Positions 13,701 through 58,000 of a DNA stretch of 64,000 nucleotides are shown piece by piece (within the stretch, counting starts at the first letter, position 1; each line of letters starts with the position of its first letter). The notes beneath the pieces were generated by a model, which worked only from the letters and a program-made list of their open reading frames with translations, was not told where the DNA came from and made no database searches. The position numbers and the translations under genes were made by a program. Source of the DNA: Antedon mediterranea (lineage: Eukaryota; Animalia; Echinodermata); assembly GCF_964355755.1 (NCBI RefSeq), contig NC_092672.1, positions 7,254,001-7,318,000 on the forward strand. Reading direction: 5' to 3'.

Positions 13701-13725
13701 GGTTTGCATTTGGAAGAGATCATAG
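4709..13725 (+). CDS. LRWD1: LRWD1/ORCA, leucine-rich repeat and WD40 origin-recognition-complex-associated protein (~908 aa)
   Basis: 13 in-frame exons: 4709-5050, 5262-5375, 8367-8519, 8943-9884, 10129-10249, 10567-10673, 10948-11164, 11276-11345, 11653-11793, 12044-12153, 12438-12596, 13032-13141, 13585-13725 (2727 nt). N-terminal LRRs (LDLSGRKI, LNVSNNKI, LDISKNKL). LRWD1-type WD region: HFLRCHS..VWKCAFEP, VATCGGNSVCLIDC, EFYCLAWT, LWDIGVP, AGCENGC, CGDANGPVWLY, NMVCIWK. Confidence 0.93.
5550..8126. mobile_element. Non-autonomous DNA transposon with CAGGG ends in LRWD1 intron 2
   Basis: Termini CAGGGTTCT (5550) ... AGAACCCTG (8126), direct flank GGTTCA on both sides, subterminal 21-bp repeats (aaagtggtggtcggcgccatg, ~8025-8080), no transposase ORF. 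Confidence 0.7.
5746..7159. mobile_element. Nested Tc1/mariner-like MITE (CAGT ends, TA TSD)
   Basis: CAGTACAGAAAGAAAATACTGC at left versus GCAGTAATTTCTTTCTGTACTG at right (1 mismatch), flanked by TA/TA. Subterminal tandem repeats aacaatacatcgtaggctac at ~6931-7085. Confidence 0.75.
12786..13006. mobile_element. Old palindromic MITE with CAAGG ends and 7-bp TSD (P/Galileo-like)
   Basis: ATTTGAT|CAAGGCAAACTAACAGGA...TCCTGTTGTTAAATTGCCTTG|ATTTGAT, with a further internal inverted match tatctgtggctgtgacac / gtgtcgcagccagacata. Confidence 0.7.
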
Positions 13726-13796
13726 TCTTGAACATAGTCCGCAAAAAACATTTAACATATGGATATTGCATTGCTTCTTAGCTGTCTCCACACTAA

Positions 13797-13913
13797 AGCG
13801 TGGTTCCCACTAGCGACGCAACGTAACGCAATCTACGCAACGTAAGAAAATGCCCTTCCAACCATTGTGTTTGCCCCGCCTGCGTTGCGTTGCGTTCTAG
13901 TGGGAACCACGCT
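13797..13913. mobile_element. Harbinger-type MITE nested in a family A copy in the LRWD1 3' region
   Basis: Perfect 17-bp TIR AGCGTGGTTCCCACTAG/CTAGTGGGAACCACGCT, TAA TSD (13794-96, 13914-16). Confidence 0.85.
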
Positions 13914-16900
13914 TAAGTTTGACAAAAAAGGTGTGATGTGCCCGAATATGATAGTAATATGACAAAATCATGTCCATATATGGTCACATTACATTTTGTT
14001 GTCACATAAAGATTGATAGTGTACAGGGCACTAGCCTCATCATATCTATTGCTTTCCAAACCAGGCTGGCAAATGAGTTGCCTGCTATTACAAGTAGCGT
14101 TCATTGTGGTTGAGTGAATCACCATCGTATTTTGATTTTATTCTGGTAAAACCTAATCTTTCTTATCAAAATTAAATTTATTTGAATGAATATTTTAATT
14201 GGATATTAAATTTTAAAAGTTAAAAACTGAGTTAAGGTACATTTTTACATAAATTGTCGAGTAGATAATAATTAAATAGATAATACAAAATTGGCTCTCA
14301 AAATTGTTTGAATTAAGTATGTTAAATCTACAGAATTTTATTTGGAATCATTAATTAAAATTGTAAGTCTTATTTTCATATTAACTGTGTATATATTATC
14401 AAAGTACAGTATAAATAGAGTTAGGGAGTCCTAATTTATTATTACTTTTTTAAACAATGTTATGAGTGTAATTATGTTGCGTTAAAATGACGTTTGGGAC
14501 ATACAGGTATCATTCAACAGATAATTGGTCAATTATTTAAAAAATAAAACAACTTAATCAGGGAGTCAGAGTTATTATATGGATTGTGTTAATGCTATAT
14601 ACTGCATGCTGATTAATTCAATATACAATAGATTATGTCATTCAAAATCATAATTAATTATAACCATTGAATTTCTGTATGGAGGATATATGGATTATTT
14701 TTATTCTAAAGCTATTTTTCCAAATCCATACTTAAATGTAAAGTCTCTACATAAACCAATAATATTCTAGCTTATGTATAATTATTTACCATATATAACA
14801 TATATTAATTTGTGGGAAAAATTATGTAAAGTATGAACTTTCTTTTTAAGCGCATTTATGTCCCTTTTTAAGGTCGAGTTTTTTTTTTTAATTCATGCTT
14901 TCTGTAAATTGTTACTTTAGTGTGTTTTTTAATGTTTTCAGTTTATTAGTATCAATAAACAAATTAAGTATTTTCAAATTATGGCATTTATAATAATTAT
15001 GTGTTTCAAATAATAAATATCGGTGAATATTCATTGCACGATATTAATAAAAAGATCAAAGTATGACTAAACATTTTGCATTTAATGATATCAAAAACAT
15101 ATTGATAAATTTGTTCTGCAATGTGTGTGTGTTTACCAATCACACATAAGTGAGATATTTCAGTCTTAAGTCAAGATTTCCACTTAAGTGGTATTTACTT
15201 TGTGTGATTGGTGAATATGGACACTGGGAAGTAAGAAATCATGTTGAATTTGTAAATGAAATAATTGGATAATCTTGCTTGAAATTGCCAATACATACAT
15301 GTTTTTAATTTTAATGGTTTTGTGTTTTGTTTCCAAAGTGAATTACACCATAATATTGTAATCTTGAAAAAGTATAATTGAAATCGATCATGATACTCGG
15401 AGAAAGCCGAATACAATAAGAACAAAATGTGGGGAAATAACCTGCATCTTTGCAGCCTAACTTGGCTGAATTGTGCAGCTTGTTGTACAGCTACCACTAA
15501 ATGGTGGTGCCATTTGCCAACATGGGCTGAAATGGATTAGCACACCAGGGTAACTTCCTGCTCTTCAGAAGATGCACTCGGTTCTTTTAAGTTCACACAA
15601 GCCAACACAGGACTTGTTCTACCACTAGAACCATTTAGTTGAGGAGAGCCTTGAACGACTGGTTTGTGGAAGTCTGCCTTCACCACTCAGTCACTCGACA
15701 CAATTGTACAAATACACAATGAACCGAATATATACCTTCAATTAAGCAGTTTTAAGTGAACGATTCTTTAGTTCTGAAGACAATTGATTCCGTATTTTAT
15801 AACCAATCAAGTAAAACATTTTTTAATGAAAAACAAAAACAATGTATTCTTATTTTTATATTTTATTCATTTTTTTTCAAAACTTTTTCACCATCACCGT
15901 AACCTTTGGGGATCTAGTATATTTTATGGTGGTTGGACATACCTTAGACCGCGTATGAATAAATAGACCTCGTACACTCGTTTTAATTGCACTAGGTAAC
16001 GTGTCCCCACATCTAAAAAAACAACTGACAACTAATAGGTGCTGCTGTACAAGAATGTTCAGTATTATCTCTTCTACAATAGACATAAAAAAGAAACTAT
16101 TATTTTACAATACAAATATATGAGTGCTGAATAACCAATATAATTAATACAATTACTATAGACGACAGAGGGAAAATAACCTCCCGCGAAAACAGTACAT
16201 TAACAGCAACTTAGGGAGTCTTATCAAAGTTTTTCTTCACAAAGTAATTAGTTCTTAATTATTAATTTGTTCATGCTTAGATACGCTTAATAGTTAAGTA
16301 GGAGTCTTAGTGAATAGCATATAGATCTGAACATGATGGTCACCTCAATCAATACTTTGATACATCCCCTAAAAATACACCCTTAATAAATAATAGATCG
16401 TTGCTGTTTCATGGGTGCAGCAAAAACAAAAAAATGTGGCTCTTAACTGAAATATTACAAATACATATTAAAAGCCAATAATAAAAAAATTACAATATTT
16501 ATATAGTACACACATAATTAATGATTTGTTGAATTGAATGGTTTTGAGAATCTTATCTCAATTTTAGCATACTATACAAAAAGGTGCATTTTTTTATACA
16601 AACTAATACAGTACAAAATGGTAATAATTGTTCGTATGAAAACTGAAAACTATTGGCGAAATGCTAAATATTAAAATTTAAAGGATTGGCTGGAAATCAG
16701 CACCTCAGTCAGCACATTGTTGAACTATGAAATTACATGTTGTTTTTAACAACTTTAAAATGATTATTATAACAGTACATACATAAGAGGCAGTTTGCTA
16801 CACCTCAAAATTCTATTATATGCCTTGCACCTAAGTATTCAAATACTGTATATTATTTCCGGATCAAACTTTAATGTAAAGCATTTTCTATTGGTATATA

Positions 16901-19900
16901 TCAAAATCATTTGAGATGCATTGGAAAACAAAATCATCTCACTGTTACTGTTAAGTTGTACTTGTTTTAAATAAATCACAGTGGACTGTCTCTTGTTTTA
17001 ATATTGCTAGGACACTGGTGGTACCCACTGGCAAGGTTCGCACTGGAGACTATTGCTTCATCTTCAGTACTTCCACGTAATAGTGCTTCTTGAGTTCAGT
17101 AAATAAATAGCACTCTTAATATTTACAAAATTACTAACCTTAGACACTACAAACATCTATATTACTACTTCATATCATCTATCTTATTTATATAAGAATA
17201 ATAAAAATTAATTTATAGCAACAAAGTTTAAAATCAATCAGATTACCAGATGATTTTGTTCTTTAATCATTGTTCAAACAGTTACTTATAGTGGAGTGTC
17301 TTGGATGTCAACATGCCTACCTGGTAGACACATGAAGATGCATTTATACAAATTGTAAAATTGATGGAAAAACGACATATCAAAACCAGTAACTTTCTGT
17401 CGATAAATTTCTCAAAGTAATGACTGACATTTTTTCTGTAAATACAGAAGCCTTAACGAATTTTTAAGAATGAAATACAGTGTTTTCTAGCATCTTATAA
17501 AAGAAATATAAAATAAAAAGTTTGTATAATAGTACTTAAACTATAGAAACATAATGTATGGCATGTATAACATTAATAATAATACATCCGTATTTCCAAC
17601 AAATTCTGAATGGAATTTTCTAAATCAATGGTTATGGTCAAATTTAAAACAACAAGTCTAGAATTCATACTAAAATACATCCACGATTGTAGAAGTACAA
17701 AGCTGTTGTCTTTCTTCATTTGGAATGATGTAAATGATGTTTCATACCAATTGTTACACTTATCTTGTGTTTTTTTTATAACATGATTAAAAACAAATGA
17801 TAATCATTAATACAATTATTTACTATGGCACTTATTAGACATAAAACCCTTTTGGATTTCAAAAATAGTTTAGTTACTCTGTACAATGTGAATGAAACAA
17901 CGTAGCCATGAATAAAATTCAGATTTCACTTCTTTTCTTTATACATTAAAAAACATTTAAAATATTCAACTCAATCTTTACAACATGTGTATATAAACAT
18001 GACTTTCTTTTTTTTTTGTGTTATTTTTATCAAATAGTTTCTTTGGATCATATTAGAATCTGTAGGTTTTAGATAAATGATTTTGTCTGAATCATACTTT
18101 TACGCTTGCTTAATCTTTCATCAGGAATCTCTGAACTTCTGTGAACTTTTATCAAAACTTGTTGACATTTTTCAAAACTTTTTAACCTTTTATCATGGAT
18201 TCTTTCTAATTTTATTTAGAATTTCTAAAACTTTTATCAAGAATGTAATGCAAAAAATATTACTACATTTTTTGCTGAAGCCTAGCACATGGCATTTCAG
18301 CAAATTCAGTTTAAAACACGATTGTCATGAATTAACATTTGTGGAAATAAAACAACACCGCTCTCTTTGAAACACATCAACTGCAGTGTAAACGAGCAGC
18401 ATATCAATCTGGCTCCTCGCGAATCGTTGCAGCGTGTTTGTTCATGCATAAATACTAAAGATTCACTGATTGACAGAACTACTGTTTAGAGTTTAAAACA
18501 TGATCCTTCGTTAATAAATACAAACAAGAATATATTTAACATTAATTACACAAGTTATGTATATTTGGACATTATTTAAATAAAACTAGATTTGTAAATC
18601 ACAAATTAAAATTAATGAAACATAATTGCCTTTAATCTTTTAAAAAATCCCCCTTCGTGTTGATGGAAAATTCAACATACATTCATTATGTAAAGTAAAA
18701 ATTAAACTTCCCAAATTTGAAAAAAAGAAGAAAAAAACACTTTTACTTTACTCAGAATAAGATTATAATTTACATGCATTTTTTTTTCTAGAAAATATGT
18801 TATTTATTTGTGAAGTGGATGACATATAATAACCATTCGAAAGACGTTTTACCTTGAAAGATGAGTTCTAAGCCAATATAATACTACATACGCTTAGTAG
18901 TTGTGATTTATGCACCATCAGGCCCAAACTTAGTTAGTTTTTTGTACTTTCTTTTGGCATGGCAGATAAACAGGGACATTTAAAGTTTTTTCTAAACTTA
19001 CCCTGACTGTGCCTCTGATTGTACACCCAACAATTTCTATTATTAAGTATATTTGGGGAATTGGGATGAAACATTTAATAATTATAAACATTATTTTCCT
19101 ATCTTTTATATTTTCATGAGCAAAATCACAAAAGGTTTTCATTATCTGAAGGTTTAGATAAAAGCAGTTTTTAAAGCAAGGCTTTTTGTTAACAAAACCA
19201 TTCAACTAAAATAAATTATTGCATTGTTAAAGGCGATTTTAAACAAGTCTCTGTATTTAAAAAAAAAATGTTTCTTTAATAATCAAAACAATTTCAATAA
19301 TTTATTATAAATATTGTGTTTTTAAGCCTTTTTAAAATTAAATGTATTACTGTATTTGATTAATTTTACATTTAATTATTTTATTGCATCGTTTTCATGC
19401 AGCGTTTTCACCAGCAATTTTCAGTATTATTGATTATTAAGTATGAGTGTTATTGTTTCAATTAGATTAAATTTGTCCAATTGAGTTGAGTACACCATAA
19501 AATAAAATGTAAAAAAAAAGAAATTATTTTAAACCCATCAAAATGAAAAAAAAAACAATGACTAAAATAAAAATGATGCCAATGTTGGAAGATAAGTCTA
19601 GATTTCTTATATTTATCATAAATTATTAAATTATGCATATTTAATACTAGTACTGGTTATGAAGATTACTGAATCACTCTTGGGGAAAAAGAATACGCCA
19701 AAAAACACTATACAGTACCTCATGCAAAGACAAAAAAACAATCTACATGTAATAAAATAAAACCCGACACGAGGTAGCAATAAAAAATAAAGTCATCAAC
19801 AAGTATGCAGATCAACTCTGACCCAACATGGACAAAAAGAACTTGTTACATTTGTGCAGCATTTAAAATTACATTGAAAAGATGTCTTTAAAATCATCTC

Positions 19901-20022
19901 CGAATACACTCATAATGATTTTAATATTCTATTAATTGTGCACATGCATAAAAACTTGATGATTGTACTAGACATCATAGCAGGAATGCTTCACGTAGAC
20001 GAGTGGAATAGAAGGAACGTTT

Positions 20023-53403
<33,381 letters not shown>

Positions 53404-53800
53404 AGTTGAAGAACTATGAAGCTCGAATGTAAGGTCTTCTTTGAATCGACAAACGCCAACCAACAAGCCTTCGTCGGTAGCACCAGCAAATGCAGCAGGG
53501 ATAGGCTAACCACTCTCAACGCACACACCCGAAATTTCGGAGCGAAATTATACGTTTTTCTCAACTTAATATCATAATTTGAGTCAACCACTGGTATGAT
53601 TAAGACCAAGTAATGACTGTTGTTTCTTCTGGTGAGCTGTGGGTTCACAGACGGTAGAGATTTGTGGTCATGGAGTGAGCTGCACTTGTACTGACCACCT
53701 CCACTCTACCGATCAGCTGCCTGCTCGCGATCGACAATCTACAAAAAGAACAAAAGATCGCCTGGACGCTTTAAATCATAATTATAGATGGCGCTATTAA
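53404..53800 (-). promoter_or_regulatory. NLK 5' leader and promoter region with two short uORFs
   Basis: CpG-rich stretch upstream of the ATG at 53403. uORFs 53671-53645 (MTTNLYRL*) and 53575-53561 (MILS*). TAGATGGCGCTA at 53785-53796. Confidence 0.5.
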
Positions 53801-53999
53801 CAATTTGGAAATTATCATAATTAATACACAGCAGCATCATCATAACTAGATTTTTATTTGTTTTAATTTATTTAATCGTCATTAATGCCATCATAATCTT
53901 CACTGTCATTATCACCCTCACGAATTTAACGCTTATAAAAACACAAAATTCAAATAGTAAATCTAATCTAATCTTGCCATATTATTTTAAGTGTTGTTC

Positions 54000-54495
54000 T
54001 AGGGACACTCTTCCACCAAATTTCTTTTGAAAGACAATTTTTTTTTTTCAATTATACAAGGTTCTTTTCATTTCAAACAGGGCAATTCCTGTATTCGGCA
54101 ATGAAATACTTGCACAGCTAACATCAGGAATTACCAACACCAGGAGCATTCATACACAACCATCAGCTCCGACGCGTTAGATCATTCACCCTCCCCAAAG
54201 TCCGGACACAACGCACAAAAAACTTCATTACTTTCCACGGAGTTTTCAATGATTGGTGAATGATCAGAAACTGAGTTATGATAAGCAATTGTGAACCCCT
54301 TTTGGTTTGTGTTACTGGATGTACTATGATGGCCATTGAAAGACTGATTTGTGGACTATGATATATTTTAGTATTACTTGTTTGGACTGTGTTATACTAT
54401 GTTTTTTTTTTATATATATTTATTATTATATTTATGTCAACTTCATCACTGTTTACTTGATGCAATAAAGGAAATAAATAAATAAATAAATAAAT
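54000..54495 (+). mobile_element. 5'-truncated LINE (CR1/L2-like) 3' fragment
   Basis: Degenerate frame ...NHQLRRVRSFTLPKVRTQRTKNFITFHG resembles the ORF2 C-terminus (compare FDVPRCRTKR in the intact LINE); ends in (TAAA)n at ~54473-54495. Confidence 0.6.
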
Positions 54496-55043
54496 ACAAC
54501 ACATTCATTTTTTATACACAGTGTGATTGTTTTATGTAAAATCGAATTGCAATATTACAACTGTCTATTAAAAATTATTAATAAATGTACATTAATTACC
54601 ATATTCTTAATCTTTATCATTTTAAAATAACTAATATTCTGTATAATCACCAGGCAGTTTGGAATTTCTTTTAATACCTATAAACCTTTTTAAATGATAA
54701 ATTGTTGTTGTTCCTGGCCTGGTGGCATTCCAATAAATAAGAACAATGTGGCATAATGGACTAGCATGTGAGAGGCATGGGTTCAAGAACTATCTGTGCC
54801 ATATTGCTTGTACCCATATCCAAGATACTTTACTCTAATTGCCATGTCCTTCGTATGAGATGTAAAGACGTTGGTATTGTGTATATACAATACAGATGTA
54901 CCCAATAAAGAACTTGGTACACTATTCATGAGGGGATCATCTCCCGATATGCTTATTATTTTGGTAGGCCATACACTGCTTCTGTGGGTCCGTAGAGTAC
55001 CTTATATCTTCAATTTTAATAATAATACAGTTACATATTCAGT

Positions 55044-58000
55044 TCATACATCATCATAAGGTGCAGTAAGTCTAATGTTGTAGTTGTACCCCTCAGGTTC
55101 ATCGTAATTTGATAAGCAAACCGACGGTAGACCTTCCCGCGTCTGGTCCGCTAAAAAGTTGTAGTGCCGTAGTTCACCTCTCAATCTATAGTGTGAATAA
55201 GTCAATTTCATCAATTACAACTATATATACTATATATAGTGCAAATAATGTGCTTTATTTGTTTTGCAAAACTAAATGTTAGAGTCACAAATTATTGGTA
55301 TTTGCATCAAATCATGCCTAAAGGGTCTATCACAACCTCTCCGGTCTGGCTGTAGTTCAAATTCATGTCAAATTGCATGTACATCGTTTCGCCAACTATC
55401 AGTTGGCTTTCTCAAAGTGTAGTGACACGTATGTCACCGTTGACCTCTAGATGACAGGTAAATAATCGTTATTTACTATTACGGTTGAGATATAATTAAC
55501 CAGAACAGGTGTGAAAGATGTTTAAAAGTGCCAGTAGGTAGAAAATATGTTTTTCTTAAATATATCACACACTAACTTACCTTTTATGGGTGACTGTCTC
55601 AAAATCATCTTGCAAACTTTTTATATTTGGAATATTTGCAGTTACCAAGCTACTACCTTTAAAATGTGTATACCTAACAGGGTGTCTAAAAAAAATTATT
55701 ATATATAGATTAATATGCAGACTCAAAGGATAAAGGAAAAGAAAGATAGGGGGTCTCGGTGGTGTGTGAGTTAGGACATATTTTTTTCAAACTATTTTTT
55801 TATTGCATGATTTAAAAAAAAGAGGAATTTCTATAAATGGGCTATAGTACTACATAAAACCATAGAGGGTGCTATGAAAAATCTAAAAATATTGGTAAAT
55901 AGGTGAAAAATGTGTTAGCAACACATTATATCAAACGCATGAATGAATTATAAAAATGATACAGACCAATATTAGTTTTCTATTCTCTATCAATATATAG
56001 AGTAGTAGAAATTATAAATTTATACATTTTTTAGTTTTAGTTTTTAGTTGACTCAAAGTATCAGGAGACCGTACCGCCATTATCGGGAGAGTTGGGATGT
56101 CTGATTTCTAAAATATTAAAGTCAGTTAGGCTTGGGCAGCATAACGTTTTTTAAAGGCATTATACATCAACAGAAATAAGTGCTGTATATTTACAATAAC
56201 TTCAACAAACGTACAGAATTACAGGCCTTGTCTTTTGAAAATTATAGGTGTGCTGCAAATTGCACTCCTCAATACATTCAGGGATGCTGTAGGTGTGCTG
56301 TTTGTACATTGGTGTGTAGAAGTTTGCCAAATTTAAGTGTGTTGTAAATTGCACACTCAAAGGGCAGTTTAGGCGTGTGTTAGGCGAGTGATCGCATTAG
56401 CTCGCCTTCAAAGACAAGGCCTGGAATTAATATGTAAAGAGATCTACCTAGCATATGTATCCCAAAGCTTTCTTTGCATTCTTTGATCCCAAAGACACAC
56501 CATGCCTTCCATACCACCACTTAGAACCTTCCAATCATCGGCCTGCACCTGAGTGACAGCGCCCCCATGTCCAGATAAACTCATGACAGGACGATTGCTT
56601 TCTAGACGTAAATCAAACAGCCGGACTCTATTGAATAGAAAATATTTAGCATACAGTCGATCTCCATCGAATAGGAAATATTTAGCATAATCTGGTTAAA
56701 GTAGATGTGACTTCTTATGCCAAATAGCATTCTACATTTTCTCTTATATCTCTTTACCTCTTATCTTTACATCCCGTAACAAACATGCTCCTAAGAGGGT
56801 CATCACCATGAATACAAGTAACATTCCAAGTATGTCCTCGGAACACTTGCTTTATGTTTTTTGTCTCAACGTCAAAGAATTTAACTGAGAAGCTCTCTTG
56901 GAAGCCTGCGACACCAAACCCGCAGACAATATAATTGTTCATGACCTCCATACAAGTCGGTATTCCTGAGCCTCCTACAAAGGCATGTACAAGGCTTAGA
57001 TACCTAGGCCCTGGTGCAGGCTGATAAATGTATAGTCCTGTATTTGTTATTAACGCTACATTGGTGGCTTGCTGGTTTTGATCCAACATTGGAAAAAGTT
57101 TCATATCTTCAATCTGTACAAAAAAAAAATAAAGAAGAATTATAATTGAATGCCATATCATATCTTGTATACTGTGTAACATTTATTCATAAGAATGAAG
57201 ATTATTTGATAAAGTAGAATTGTAACTTGATGGTTAAGATGTTTGCCTCCTGATTTTACGGTACTGGGTTCAAATCCTGCTGATCTCAGAATGTTGGTTT
57301 CAAGACTAGAATAATATACCAGAGCCCTGTAATACAGTCATGGCTGTATGATTAGTCTATTTTAGTATGCATTCTAGTGTGTATTCTAGTCCAGATAAAA
57401 AATCTTGAGATCAGACAGGATCGAACCCAGGACCATACAATCGGTAGCCAAGCCAATATATATGACAAAAAAATGTGTTATATCACTTGGGCATATCACT
57501 ACCATATTTGGGCACATCACACTTTTTTGTCAAACTAGTTTGATATGGCAGACGGAGCTTTAACCACAGAATCACATCTACTTACATCAGTATCCAAAAT
57601 GATAGAATCTTGCTTATACCAATTGCCTGAACCATTGGCAGTCTCAACTCGTAGTTCCCTCCCAGAGGTACTTGCAACTTGGGCAGCATCAGTTGCTATA
57701 GACGCACATCTAATACTATCTTGGTGATAACGATGGACAGGGTCACCACCATGCTCTGTGCTCCATATATTCATGTCACCTTAAGTAGTTAAACGTTTCA
57801 TTTGTTTGTATCATTGTTATGTAAAAATAATTGTCGGAGTAAAATTGTTGTGTAAAACACAAAAATGCAGTGTGACATTTACTAGCAGATTCTCAGTATT
57901 GTATCATATATAATTTGTGCAGTATCCAGGCAAATTCTATAATACATTGTCACATATGCATCTCATGTGGTGGCTGTAAATAGGCTAAAAGACTAACCAA

